Positions 47,051-60,595 of a stretch of DNA of 64,000 nucleotides are shown piece after piece; position 1 is the stretch's first letter; every line of letters starts with the position of its first letter. Below the pieces are notes generated by a model. The model was given only the letters and a program-made list of their open reading frames with translations. It had not been told where the DNA came from and searched no databases. This DNA comes from Octopus sinensis. Taxonomy: Eukaryota. The DNA is taken from contig NC_043018.1 in the NCBI RefSeq assembly GCF_006345805.1, positions 24,614,001 to 24,678,000 of the forward strand, read 5' to 3'. The translations under genes were made by a program, and so were the position numbers.

Positions 47051-47297
47051 ACACACACACATACTCTCAACAGTCCTGATAAAGTTGTCCCATTTTACAT
47101 TAGTTTCTAAATTTTTACAATATGATAGAAAATTGACTTTCATCCAGAAATGAAGTCACACCCCGACGTCTGTCCTCCTCCTCCCCACACACAACCACAC
47201 ATACTATCTCTCTCCCACCAGCACCATCAATCTCTCACTGCCACCATCTCTATGTAAACCAATTAACTATATTGTTGTTTTTATAACTCTTCTAGAT

Positions 47298-47954
47298 CAG
47301 GGTTTCTCAACCATTTTTTCCCCCTTGGACCCGTTTGATTTCTATTTTACATAGGTGGACTCTCATAATTATTTGACGTTTAAAAAAACCATTTTATATC
47401 TTTAAAATTGGATATTATTAAAAAATTTTTTAAATAAATTGAAATATTTTGTGTATTGTGGACGTAAAACCAATTCATTGCACATAAACTTTACTGGTCT
47501 GAAGCACAATATTTTCATGGCCCCTGAAAAATTACAATGGGACCCCAATTCACTATATTGCATCCATGGAACCTCCAAAATCTTATATGGATCCTCAAAG
47601 TGCATATGGACCCCAGTTGAGAACTCTTGTGCAGGGATTCTCAACTGTTTTTTTACCTATAGACCCCTATTTTATTCTAGTATCTCCTCTCCCATAGCCA
47701 TTCGATGTTTAAAAACTCGTTTTGTAGAAGCTTCTTTCAAAATCCCTATTTTGTTTCCCACACATTAACTTGTGTAGGTTGAACTATGTAAAATGTTAGA
47801 GAAAGAAACCCAGCTGTTTCTTGCAATACAGACATCTGAAGCAGAATTTTTGCAGGGGCACTTAAAATGCTATTGTGCATCCTTAATTTGCTAGTTACAT
47901 GGACCCCCCCCCCCCAAAAAAAAATTTTATATGGGTCCTGGTTGAGGCCCATTG
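47298..47954. mobile_element. Head-to-tail pair of hAT Charlie-like MITEs
   Basis: CAGGGTTTCTCAACC..GTTGAGAACTCTTG then CAGGGATTCTCAACT..GGTTGAGGCCCATTG; outer flanks TTCTAGAT / CTCTAGAG. Confidence 0.6.
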
Positions 47955-48709
47955 CTCTAGAGGATGTATAACAATTACCAAATGACAATTGAAACCAGCG
48001 TGTGTCCATTGTGTGTGTGTGTGCTTGTGAATGTTTGTGTGTGTACATATGTGCATGGGGCTAGGGTATTTGTCAGTTTGTGGCCTTCTTCTTGGGTCAC
48101 CGCCTTTTTTTTTTTTTTGTTTTAGATAGCAGAAATATGGAATGAGGGATGTCTGGCTGCTATTTCTAACAGGTCGAGTAACCATTTTGAGACCCCTGCC
48201 TTGGCTTGTTTTTGCTCGTTGTAAATTATTTTGGTCAGAAAAACTGCAATTAACATTAATAATGTCTAGTTGGTTAATTACACTCAATTATGAATGTATG
48301 AAGCAAAATAGCACAGATTTGATTAAAAGGAGCGAATAATTGTTTAGTTTCAGAGAGAAGGAAAAAAAAGAGAGACAGCACGAAAGAGGGAGGAGGAGAA
48401 ACAGTATGAGAGATAGAGAGGGGGAAGAAGCGCGAGAGAGCTTGAGAGAGAGGAGTCAGAGCTTGAGAAACAGAGGAGGAGATGTGTGTTGAGTGAAGGG
48501 GAGAGAGTGGAGTGGGGAAGCTTTTGGTGAAAAACAACAGCAGGTCAGTGTTGTTGGGATTCAAACATTCCTGTTTTTGTCAGAAACCATATTTCTTGAT
48601 TCAAGAGCTGCTGTAGCAATTAAAATGTAATAATATCTAAGAGTGGCCAGTGGAATGAATTTGGAAAAATAAGCTGAAGTGTGATCTACTGGATGTTGTA
48701 AGCCATCAT

Positions 48710-49430
48710 CAGCATCATCATCCTTTAACGTCCCTTTCTTCTCTTTTCCTATGCTGGCATGGGTCGGACAGTAAGACAGGCGCTGGCAAACCAGATGACT
48801 GCCCTAGACTGCTGTGTCTACTCTGGCATGGTTTCTTTGGCCAGAGGCCCTTCCTAATGTCAACCACTTTACAGAGTGTTCCAAGTGCTTTTTTACGTGG
48901 CACTGGCACTGGTGAGGTTACCAGGTGACTCATACGACAAGGCCTCACCTCACTCGATGGTGGTGTAATATTGAGGGAGGTGGCTTCATGCCTGATGACA
49001 AGGAGTTAAAAAAGTGTGATAGAGGGGTAGAGGTAAGTGTCTTGTTGAAGAGGTGATACACGGGTTACCCCAATTAGAAAAGGGTGATGGTAGTGATCAT
49101 CATCGCAATAGTAATAATCATCACCATGGTAATCATTCTTGTCATTGTTGTTACCATTGTCATCGTCATCACCATTATCATTGTCAGCATCATCATTGTT
49201 GTTGTTGTTGCTATTGTCATCGTCATTGCCAGTATCATCATCGTAATCGTTGTTGCCTTTGTCATCATCATCATTGTCTTCATTGTTGGTGTTGTCATCA
49301 TCATAGTCAATACCATCTTTTAACGTCCATTTTCCATGCTGGTATGGGTCAGATGATGTGACTGGATCTAGTGAGCTACAGGACGGCATTGAGCTCTGAT
49401 AGCTGGATGTGCTTCCTAACCTCATCCTCT
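48710..49430 (-). mobile_element. Two family E elements; the second has an expanded, degenerate ~230-bp (GAT)n tail (49085-49315)
   Basis: Family homology, trinucleotide periodicity. Confidence 0.75.
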
Positions 49431-49839
49431 CTACAGTATATATATATATTAGGTGGTTTTTTTTTTTTTATTTTGGTTTTGTTTTTCATGGCACCAACAG
49501 TAATAAAGTTGTCAAGTAAATTTGCCAGACAAGAGAAAAGAAAGAAAAAAAGCCCCCTTGATTGCCACTGTCATGCAAAGATTGGAAACAAAACACTTAA
49601 AACACTGAGAATTTTCGGACATGGAAACAAAATCTAGAATTAATAGAATTGACAAGTTTCTGGGTAAATTTGGCAAAGGCTAAGGGACCGGTGGGTTGGG
49701 GTGGGGTGGCTATTTGCTGTACTTGATAAGACAAGTCAAGCTAAGTTATATCGCTGTCTTCCACACATACAGGTTTGCCCTTTCAGGTGCCATTTAAAAG
49801 GCATCTGTACCATGTGTAAATGCACCCGTGCTGGTGGCG

Positions 49840-50510
49840 TGTATTCATTAGAACATTGCAGAAAATGTTTAGCAGCATTTTGTCCATCTTTATTTACGTT
49901 CAGAGTTCAAATCCCAATCAAAGTCCAACTTTGCCTTCCATCCTATTTGGGGGTCATTAAAGAGTCGGGTACTGGAGTCAATTTAACCGACTTCCCTCTT
50001 CCTTCAAAAAATGCCTAAATTAGGCACCATTATTTTTAGTATGATTATTATTATTATGATTATTATTATTATTATTATTAAGATAAGGTAGTGAGCTGGC
50101 AGAATTGTTGGATGCAGTGCTTAGCGGTATTTCACCTGTTGCTACGTTCTGAGTTCAAATTCCACCAAGGTCAATTTTGCCTTTCATTCTTTCGTGGTCG
50201 ATTAAATAAATACCAGCTACATGCTGGGGTTGATATAATCGATTGGACCTTGACCCCCAAAATTTCAGGCCTTGTGCCTATAGTAGAAAAGGTTATTAAT
50301 CATAGCATTAAGGTGGCAAACTGGCAGCATTGTTAGCACATCGGACAAAATGTTGCTCAGCATTTTTACATTCTGAGTTCAAATTCCACCGAAGTCAACT
50401 CTCCCTTTTGTCCTTTTGAGGTTGATAAAACAAGTACCAGTTGAACACTGGGGTTGCCATAATTAACATCCTCCTCCCCTTAAAATTGCTGGCGTTGTGC
50501 TGATGTTTGA
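49840..50510 (+). mobile_element. Three CpG-decayed family A SINEs
   Basis: Family homology with CG to TG/CA changes. Confidence 0.75.
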
Positions 50511-51740
50511 AAGCATTATTAGTAGCAGTATTAGTATTATTTTCATTGTTAGTGACATAACAAAAACAAAATGCTAGAATGCCTTGTAGTAGTTTAGCCC
50601 GAAGTCAGAACTAATCTATCTTTCTCTCTCTCGCGTGTGCATACATGTTGCACACACACACACACACAAAAACACATTACCACCATCTTAAATTGAAATA
50701 GCCTGAAAGAGCTAAATCTAGCAAGTAAACAGTGGTGGACTTGTCCAAACTTCTACATTACTCTGTTTGTAAGTGTGCATGTGGTGTGTGTATATATACA
50801 ATTACACACATGCACACACACACTATACATACATACAAATACACGAAGTTTGTGCTAAAATAACACTGCCCCCGCCCCACCCGTCACTACTCCAACCCAC
50901 CACCCTAAGTTACCAAAAATATAACATAATCAACAATGGTTATGTCATGTTAAGCCATACCTACAGCCACCCTTATCCCACCCCTATCTCGGGCCCTACC
51001 CCACTAACTAACCATTATTTATAGTCTGTAGTTGTTGTTGAAGATAGTAGTTTGGCTGTGGTGGTAGTGTTGGTTATGGTGGTGGCCATTGGTCATGGTG
51101 GTGATTATGGTGAAGGTGGTGGTGGTGGTGGTGGTGGTGGGTACAGTGGTGGTGGTAGTGTTACTTAATAAATATGTTGTTCTATCTTGTTATGGTTTGT
51201 TTTTAATTTAAACAAAAAACAAAAAGGAAGATAACAACAACAACAATAACAACAACAAGCAGCATTTGAAGAATTGATTAAATTGTTAAAAATAACATAG
51301 AATATAAAAAACAAAAAAAAATGAAAGAAAGAAAGAAGGAAGGAAAGAATAAGAAAAACAAAAACCTTACAATGGAAGGTTTTGTGGAGACCCAGAATGT
51401 CTGGAGACAGAGTTCTTCTCTGTGTAATTCTTTAGACACAAAATAATAATAATAATAATGATAGCAGCAGAGCAGCCTGATGTTGCTTAAACTGTATGAC
51501 CTCAGTTGGTGGTGATAGCAATGGATGGTATCACCATCGTAGTCTCCAGCAGCACCACCACCATCACCACCACTGTCACTGCTCTGATACTATCACAGCA
51601 CCACCACACCCGCCGTCGCCGCCGCCACTATTACTGGCTCTATAAATCTGTTTATGTAATAAATTAATGTAAATTAGTTGTTATCAGTATGGCAAGGAGG
51701 AGAATGCTAGTAACACTATCAGCAATAAACATGTATATAA

Positions 51741-52095
51741 TCATCATCATCATCATCATCATCGTCCTCATTTTGACAACTGCTTTTCCATGCCGGCATG
51801 GGTTGGATCAATTCGACTCTTTCCAACAAACACTGCGCCTGGTGTTCCTTTTGTCGTCTCTCGTGCGAGGTTCAATGTCCTAAGATCACTCCCTCTTGAA
51901 ACCTCTCTCTGTTCTTGTTTTCCTCTTCCACTTGTGACCTCTCTGTACTTCTCTACCCATCCATTATGACTATCAAAGCGCAATGTGTTTGTACCAATGC
52001 AGTGATCTCTTTCTTGCACACTGCATCTTGCTTCCTTTTACACCCAGGTGTCAATGCCAGTTTAACCTTGCTATTTCCATTTTGGCACATAGTCT
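51741..52095 (-). mobile_element. RTE LINE 3' fragment sharing its tail with family E
   Basis: Broken frames ..VQER..LHWY..GRG..SDLRTLNL..; tail CCAACCCATGCCGGCATGGAAAAG..(GAT)n. Confidence 0.7.
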
Positions 52096-52239
52096 AACCC
52101 CAATTCAGGCAGTACTATCTTAAGACATGGGCACATTGCACAGTTACTCGGGGACCTCCCGGGTTTAAGGACCTAATTGTGATCTAAGTATTTTGCAACT
52201 TGCTGTTAATAAATTCTATAGGGCCCAGTGCACCTATTT

Positions 52240-52591
52240 GCTTTAGGGCCCATTTCTGATCTATGTATACTGTGGTTTGCTTTCAATAAATAAATACTTT
52301 AAGGCCCAGTATGCTGATATACCTTGGGGCCCCATTTCTGATCTATGTATACTGAGGCTTACTGTCAATAGATAAATACTATAAAGCCAGTACTTTGATT
52401 TGCTCAGGGCCTCACAGGTCTGGGAACCCAATCCCCATCTATGTATGCTGCGGCTTGCTATCAGTGAATAAATATTATAGGCCCCAGTTTGCTGATATGC
52501 CTTGAGGCCCATTTCTGATTTATATATATATACTGTGGCTCTCTGTCAAATTTTATTGGATCTAGTACACTGATTTGCCCTGGGGTCCAAT

Positions 52592-52620
<29 letters not shown>
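52240..52620. repeat. Degenerate ~80-95-bp repeats built on GGCCCATTTCTGATCTATGTATACTG, about 5 copies
   Basis: Motif near 52246, 52326, 52421, 52504, 52582; related motif near 21020. Confidence 0.6.
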
Positions 52621-52632
<12 letters not shown>

Positions 52633-52904
52633 CATACACAGTGACTTGCTGTCACTAATTAAATACTATAGGGGTCAGAAAACTAATTTGCTGGTAGGTG
52701 GGTGGGTGGGGCTATAATGCAGCTAAGACTGTTCTGAATCCAGATCTGATCATTTCACAGGCTAAAGTAGCACCCGGTTAGCTCTCTCATCTCATCAGCA
52801 CCACGTTACTTGTGCACACTAACCTTTCACATTCAGCCAATTATGATTGCTCCATGGTCATCTTGCTATCATGCAGCATCTCAGTTTGTACACAAGCAGC
52901 ATAC

Positions 52905-53715
52905 AATAACAGTCAAGTGACTGCTAGCCATAGCAGAAATAACAGCTGAGTGTCTGTTTACCATTCCAGAAATGACAGCTGAGTGTCGACTAGTCATGGC
53001 AGAAATAACAGTTGAGTGTCCACTGGCTATTCTAGAAATAACTGCTGAGTGTCTGCTGGCCATTCTAGAAATAACAGTTGAGTGTCTGCTGGCCATTCTA
53101 GAGATAACAGTTGAGTGTCAGTTGGCCATTCTAGAAATAACAGTTGAGTGTCTGCTGGCCATTCTAGAAATAACAACTGAGTGTCTGTTGGCCATTCTAG
53201 AAATAACAGTTGAGTGTATGCTAGCCATTCTAGAAATAACATGCGAGTGTCTACTGACCAATCTAGAAATAACAGCTGAGTGTCTGTTGGCCATTCTAGA
53301 AATAACAGTTGAGTGTATGCTAGCCATTCTAGAAATAACATGCGAGTGTCTACTGACCAATCTAGAAATAACAGCTGAGTGTCTGCTAGCTATTCTAGAA
53401 ATAACAGTTGAGTGTCTGCTGGCCATTCTAGAAATAACATGCGAGTGTATGCTGGCCATTCTAGAAATAACAGCTGAGTGTCTGCTGGCCATTCTAGAAA
53501 TAACATGTGAGTGTCTACTGACCAATCTAGAAATAACAGCTGAGTGTCTGCTAGCTATTCTAGAAATATCAGTTGAGTGTCTGCTGGCCATTCTAGAAAT
53601 AACATGCAAGTTTCTGCTGGCCCTTCTAGAAATAACAGCTGAGTGTCTGCTGGTCGTTCTAGAAATAACGGCTGTGTATCTGTTTGACGTGCTAGACATG
53701 CTTGAAATAGCAGCC
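52905..53715. repeat. 33-bp minisatellite, about 24 copies, with 99-bp higher-order structure
   Basis: CATTCTAGA at 53061, 53094, 53127 etc.; plus frame open 52921-53718. Confidence 0.95.
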
Positions 53716-54199
53716 TAATCTCTCTGAAATTAGACCCTAATGCTTCCTTTTTTTTTTACAAAGAAAGGATTGATTGGAAAGCATAAATCTAAATACATTG
53801 AAACAAACAATATTGGTAATAGTGCTTCTGCTGTTGATGGTAGTAATGATGATGATGGCAGTGGTGGTTGTTATGGTTGTGATGCTGGTGATGTTTCTAA
53901 CGTAAGAAAAACAAAACAAAACAAAGAAAAACTATGTGGTTATATCTCTCTCGAGCCTGCAGCTGTTAAATGGAACTCTGTCAGTTTCTGGTGTGGGGTG
54001 GGTGATCTCTTGGGGAGTGGAGGTGGTGCAAGGCGGTGGGGTGTCTGAAAGCTGGGGGTGAGGAATGATGTATGGAATCAAGCAGTGTTGTTTCTTGGCT
54101 CCTACCTACCTACCTCCTTCTTGTTTCCTTTATCTCTCTCTCACCTTCCAACTTTCACTCCATTTTTTTCTTACTCTTACTTTTGCTCTCTTTTTCTTA

Positions 54200-55460
54200 C
54201 TCCATCTGTCACAACAAGCTCTCCCTCCCTCTTTCTCTCTCTCACAAGCTCTCCTTCCCTCCCTCTTTCTCTCTCTCTCTCTCATTCTCTTTTTCTATCT
54301 GTCTGTCCATCTTTCTCCTATCTTTTCTTTTGTTCTCTCCTTTCTACTCTTTTTCTTTCTCACTCCTCTCTCTCTCCTCTCCTCTCTCTCCTCTCTCTTT
54401 CTCTCTCACCCCTCTCTTGCTCTCTCTCTCTCCTTCCTTCTCTCTCTCTCTCTCTCTCCTTTCCTTCTCTCTCTCTCTCTCTCTCTCTCCTTCCCTCTCT
54501 CGCTCTCCTTCCCTCTCTTGCTCTCTCTCTACTTCCCTCTTACTCTCTCTCTACTTACCTCTTACTCTCTCTCTCCTTCCCTCTTACTCCTCTCTCTTTC
54601 CCTCTCTCTCTCTCCTTCCCCCTCTCTCTCTCTCCTTCCCCCTCTCTCTCCTTCCCTCTCTCTCTACTTCCCTCTCTTACCCTCTCTCTCCTCTCTTACT
54701 CTCTCTCTCCTTCCCTCTCTTGCTCTCTCTCTCTCTCCTTCCCTCTCTTGCTCTCTCTCTCTCTCCTTCCCTCTCTTGCTCTCTCTCTCTCTCCTTCCCT
54801 CTCTCTTGCTCTCTCTCTCTCTCCTCTCCTTCCCTCTCTTGCTCTCTCTCTCTCTCCTTCCCTCTCTTGCTCTCTCTCTCTCCTTCCCTCTCTTGCTCTC
54901 CTCCTCTCTCCTTCCCTCCTCCTTGCTCTCTCTCTCTCTCCTTCCCTCCTCTTGCTCTCCATCTCTCTCTCCTTCCCTCTCTTGCTCTCTCTCTCCTTCC
55001 CTCTCTTGCTCTCTCTCTCTCTCTAATTCCCTCTCTTGCCTCTCTCTCTCCTTCCATCTCTTGCTCTCTCTCTCTCTCCTTCCTCTCTTGCTCTCTCTCT
55101 CTCCTTCCCTCTCTTGCTCTCTCTCTCTCCTTCCCTCTCTTGCTCTCTCTCTCCTTCCCTCTTACTCTCTCTCTCCTTCCCTCTTACACTCTCTCTCCTT
55201 CCCTCTTACTCTCTCTCCTCCCCTCTCTTGCTCTTTCTCTCCTTCCCTCTCTTGCTCTCTCTCTCCTTCCCTCTCGCTGTCTCTCCCCTCCCTCCAACCC
55301 TCACACTCTCTCCCTCCAGCACACTCTCCCTCCTTCGTGCTCTCCCCTTCCTCATGCTCTCCCCTCCCTCTCTCGCTTGACTTCTCTCTCTTATTCCTCT
55401 TTCTCTTGCTCTTCCCTTTGTACTCCCTTCTCTCTTTCCCTCCCCCTCTCTCCCTTCCAT
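54200..55460. repeat. ~1.25-kb polypyrimidine/polypurine (CT) tract with CTCTCCTTCCCTCTCTTG subunits
   Basis: Direct reading. Confidence 0.95.
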
Positions 55461-56824
55461 TCTTCTTTTAGGCAGCATCTGACCTATTGACCTTGATTTA
55501 AGATCGATGGTTGTTACAACAGGGTGCAGTCAGCTTCCAGAAGTGAAATTCTAGAACCACCACTTTGTTTGGTGCTGCACTTAACTTGGGCATGTGTATC
55601 GTTGCACATGCATACCTGCACCCCACCTCACACACACACACACACACATGCATGCATACACACATACAGGTTGAATACAGATTTTCCCTGTGTACACATG
55701 GGGCATACATAAAACTGCGCACACACATGTATATGCATGCATGTACATGCACAAATAGTCATATATAAGAATACCAACATGCATGTGCATATATAACCAT
55801 TCTCTCAGATACATAAACATGCTTGCATACATACACACACACATACATTGAAAGAATATTCTACCACTCTTGTCCTCAATAGTAGTAGTAGTAGTAGTAA
55901 TCATAATAATAATGGTTTGAAGTTTTGGCACAGAGCTATCACTTTTTTTAGGGGGACGGTAAGTCGATTACATTGACCCCAGTACTTGACTGGTACTTAG
56001 TTTATTGACACCCGAAAGGATGAAAGACAAAGTTGACCTCAGTGGAATTTGAACTCGGAACGTAAAGATGGATGAGTGCCACAAAGCATTTTGTCTGGCC
56101 TGCTAGCAATTCTGCCAGCTCACCACCTAAAAACTTAGCAGTTTGGCAAAAAAGATTGATAGAATAATTACCAGGCTTTAAAAAAAACTCCAGAAAGTGA
56201 AAAAAATATACACATATACATATGTGTATATGTATGTATGTATATATGTATGTGTCTGTGTGTGTATATATATATATATATACACACACATATTAATGTG
56301 GGCATTTAGCTCAATGCTCTGCCACTCTCAAAGATGGTAATGATAACACTTTGTGATATACAGCACAAACCCATCTTTGTTGTTGTTCTTGTTGGCTGGG
56401 CCTGATGGTGGGTGCATAGTCAAGGCATAGGAAACTTAAAAATTTTTTTTACATTTAAAAAAAAAATCTATTTATTTATCTATTTATTTTGTGAACAGAA
56501 GATTTTGTGAATTTCAGAGTTGTTGTTGTTGTTGTTGTTGTTTTTACTAGTCTGGCGAGTGATTTGATCTGAGGCCATGTGTTGAAACTAAAGCAATTAC
56601 TACATGGTAGACACTTATTAACTATTCAAAAGCAGTGGGAAAATAAACTGTTAACTTCACTTAAACATTTATCGTTTGGTGTCTCAAAATTTTTCGGCAC
56701 ACCATTCGCTTTCTGGTCTTTGACACAGTCTTCGACTGCAACTCATAACTCATGAAATATTTGCTGAGAATCGCAAATCAGGCCACAGCACCAAAAGAAT
56801 AATTTACCAAACATCGTTTGAGGT

Positions 56825-57200
56825 AGGCGCAGGCATGGCTGTGTGGTAAGAAGCCTGCTTCCCAGCCACATGGAATTGGGTTCAGTCCCACTTGGGAAAG
56901 TGTCTTCTTACATAGCCTCAGGCAGATCTAAGCCTTGGGAGTGGATTTGGTAGACGGAAACTGAAAGAAGCCCTTCGTGTATGTATATACATGTGTGTGT
57001 GTGTATGTGTGTTTTTGTCTGCCTCCCCTTTTCCCCCAGCACTGCTTGACAACCGATGTTGGTGTGTTTACATCCCTGTAACTTATCAGTTCAGCAAAAG
57101 AGATCGGCTGAATAAGCTCTTGGGTTGATATGTTTGACTAAAACCCTTCAATGCAGTGCTCCATCATGGCCGCAGTCAAATAACTAAAACATGTAAAGAA
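56825..57200 (+). mobile_element. SINE family B
   Basis: Family homology. Confidence 0.8.
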
Positions 57201-57269
57201 TATAGTGCAGAAGACGTTATATCAATGGCATTTTCTTCATGAATACAAGGCATGATTTTGTGTGTATGT

Positions 57270-57333
<64 letters not shown>

Positions 57334-57851
57334 TATCTTATATATATATATATACATATATATAGCTCAAAAGGGTTGTTTTTTGGTTTTGGTTTTTAAA
57401 CAGTAGACTGCACACAGTTCTTCAAAAGCTACATGCACAAAGCCCTTCAGAAGGCTAAGCATGCAGCCCTTCATGAGGTTACGCATACGGCCTTTCACAA
57501 GACTACACACACACACAGCCCCTTATGAGGCTACACATTTAGCACTTAAGAAGGCCGCAAATTTTCTACATCTGGGTTGTATGACATGAAACAAATCTAC
57601 AAGGCTAGACTGTTGCAACCTGTAGACTAAACCATACAGGTATACTGGAGTATGGTGGAGTGTACTGTGTGATCCTCAGTTAGGTGGAGTAGAGCAGAAG
57701 ATCTTTGCAATGTACCCTTGTCATTTAACTAACTATCCATAGGACCTGCCAAAGGTCTGTTGATCTATGGGTGACACAACTGACCCCAGGAGGATGAAAA
57801 GCAAAGTTGACCTCGGCAGGATTAGAACTTTGTGACATAAGTGTGTGGGGA

Positions 57852-58225
57852 GTGAAGGCGCATAGCTCAGTGGTTAGAGCGTCAGGCTCACAATCATGAG
57901 GTAGTGAGTTCGATTCCCGAACCAGGCTGTGTGTTGAATTCTTGAGCAAGACACTTTATTTCACGTTTCTCCAGTTCACTCAACTGTAGAAATGAGATGC
58001 GATGTCACTGGTGCCAAACTGTATCGACCTTTGCCTTTCTCTTGGATAACATTGGTGGTGTGAAAAGGGGAAGATGGTATGCATAGGTGAATGCTGGTCT
58101 TCCATAAACAAACTTTCCCGGACTTGTGCCTCAGAGGTCCAATCCCATGGTCATTCATAAACAACCTTTCCTGGACTTGTGCCTTCTAGGTGCAATCCCA
58201 TGGTCATTCATGACTGAAGGCGGTC
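57852..58225 (+). mobile_element. SINE family D with a ~50-bp internal duplication near the 3' end
   Basis: tRNA-like head GGCGCATAGCTCAGTGGTTAGAGCG..GAGTTCGATTCCC. Confidence 0.8.
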
Positions 58226-58708
58226 TTTATGTGTATGGAGAACTCATGCAGAGGATCATGAGTTCAAAACTTATTGGAACCTAAAATGACTTTTGTAAGT
58301 GTTGGCAAGGCTGTATGCTAAGAAGTTTGCTTCTCAGACACATCATCATCATCATTTAACGCCTGCTTTCCATGCTGGCATAGGTTGGACAGTTTGACTG
58401 GAGACTGGCAGGCAGGGAGGCTGCCCCAGGCTCCAATCTGATCTGGCAACATTTCTATGGCCCTTCCTAATGCCAACCACTCCAAGATTGTAGTGGGTGT
58501 CTTTTAAGTGTCACTGGCACAGGAGCCAGTTGGGTGGCACTGGCATCAACCACATTCAGATGGTGCTTTTTATGTGCCACTGGCACAGGATCCAGTTGGG
58601 GTGGGCGGAGACTGACATCGACCACATTTGGATGGTGTATGGTTTTGCATATGTCCCACTGCAAAACCACTGCATGACATCTTGCATAAGTATCTTCTAC
58701 TATATCTG

Positions 58709-58937
58709 TTTCTTTACTACCCACAAGGGGCTAAACACAGAGGGGACAAACAAGGACAGACAAATGGATTAACTCGATTACATCGACCCCAGTGCGTAAC
58801 TGGTACTTAATTTATCGACCCTGAAAGGATGAAAGGCAAAGTCGACCTCGGCGGGATTTGAACTCAGAACGTAACAACAGACGAAATACGGCTACGCATT
58901 TCGCCCGGCGTGCTAACGTTTCTGCCAGCTCGCCGCC
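58709..58937 (-). mobile_element. Young, CpG-intact family A SINE inside the CpG-decayed domain
   Basis: TSD TTCTACTATATCTG / TTCTACAATATCTG (58695-58708, 58938-58951). Confidence 0.85.
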
Positions 58938-59284
58938 TTCTACAATATCTGTGGGTCAACCAAAGCCTTTTGAGTAGACTTAGTTGATGACAACTGAAAG
59001 GATCCCATCGTGTGTGTGTTAGTGTGATTTTGGCTTGACATCACATGATAGTTATAAGCAAGGGTTAATCTTGCTAGTTCTATGCTTCATTTCCAGATTT
59101 TTGTGAAAACCTACCTTATCATGATGGAGAAATATTACCTTGGGAATGAGTGAGGGGTGTTAGTGACTGGAAGAGCACCTGGTTGTAAAAAATCTGCTTC
59201 AACAAATTCCATTTGACCCATACAAGGATGGGAAAGTGGATGTTAATATGATGTTGACAGTGATGGTACATATGTGTGTATGTG

Positions 59285-59655
59285 GCACTCCGTCAGTTAT
59301 GACAATGAGGGTTCCTGTTGATCCGATCAACGGAACAGCCTGCTCGTAAAATTAACATGCAAGTGGCTGAGCACTCTGCAGACATGTGTACGCTTAATGT
59401 AGTTCTTGGGAAGATTCAGCGTGACACAGAGTGTGACAAGGCTGGCCCTTTGACATACAGGTACAACAGAAACAAGAAGAAAGAGTGAGAGAAAGTTGTG
59501 GTGAAAGAATACAGCAGGGTTTGCCACCGCCCACTGCTGGAGCCTCGTGGAGCTCTAGGTATTTTCACTCAGTAAAGACTCACAATGCCCTGTCTGAGAA
59601 TTGAAACCATGATCCTATGACTGCAAGTCTGCTGCCCTAACCACTGGGCCATTGT
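59285..59655 (-). mobile_element. SINE family C, CpG-decayed
   Basis: Colinear with 16926-17290. Confidence 0.85.
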
Positions 59656-59676
59656 GCCTCCTATATATATACATAC

Positions 59677-59721
<45 letters not shown>

Positions 59722-60157
59722 ATATATATATAAAAACATGTATGTATGTATGTATGTATGTATGTATAGGTGTGTGTGTATGTATATACATGTAGATATA
59801 TGTATATCCTTTAAGTTTTCGGCGTTAAGTTTTGTTTATAGGAAATGTTTTTGAGTCTGCATATAAAAGCCCCACATGAGACATTAAAATATTTATAAAT
59901 TTCTTCCATAGATTATTATTACTATAAGTGTATATGTGTGTATGTATGTGTGTGTGTATATATATATATATAATATATATATATGCATGCATACACACAC
60001 ACATATATGTATGTATATATAACACATATATACATCATATATATACACTCACATGCATGTGGGTGCATACAAAATGTATAAGGACATTTACTTGTATGCG
60101 TACTTAATGTCAGCAAATTGACTTATGTTCCTTGCGTGTCCTTTTACTTTAGGATCT

Positions 60158-60195
<38 letters not shown>

Positions 60196-60595
60196 CATGC
60201 ATTGTATACATAATACCACTGCCAACAGCATCTGCTGATGTCATTGTATACTAAATTTGATATTTTTCTATCAGCCAATATAGTTTAATTAATTAGTTCA
60301 TTATTATCTCTGGAGACTAATGAGATAGGATTAATTTCTGTTTAAGACTTCAACCATCATGGAAAGACAAATAAACTGTATTTTGTTTTTCATTACTCTC
60401 CTTACTCTCTTTTACTCTCCTTTATTTACATCCACCACTTTCTCTTGTTAAGTCTAAACAGTACGGTTTTGATCTCTGAGTGCTGCAACTTCACTGTCCT
60501 CTACTTCACTCTGCCCCCTCCCCCACTCCACTCCACTCCACTTTCCACTCCAACCCCACTCTACTTCACTCTGTCCCTCCACTCCACACCCAACT

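Noticed and set aside
49053-49425. His/Cys-rich and hydrophobic ORFs
   Set aside because: Degenerate (GAT)n tail of a family E element
53118-53699. Reflectin- or suckerin-like cephalopod repeat protein
   Set aside because: Lacks the Met/Tyr/Asp reflectin motif and the Gly/Tyr/Ala suckerin modules; internal stop
54058-55490. 322-472-aa Leu/Ser-rich ORFs (also 46248-47153, 5900-6229, 45539-46195)
   Set aside because: CT/GA and TG/TA repeats rarely generate stops; no protein information
57852-57930. tRNA genes (also 16926, 16780-16856, 13967)
   Set aside because: A- and B-box-like heads continue into multi-copy SINE bodies and lack a proper acceptor stem
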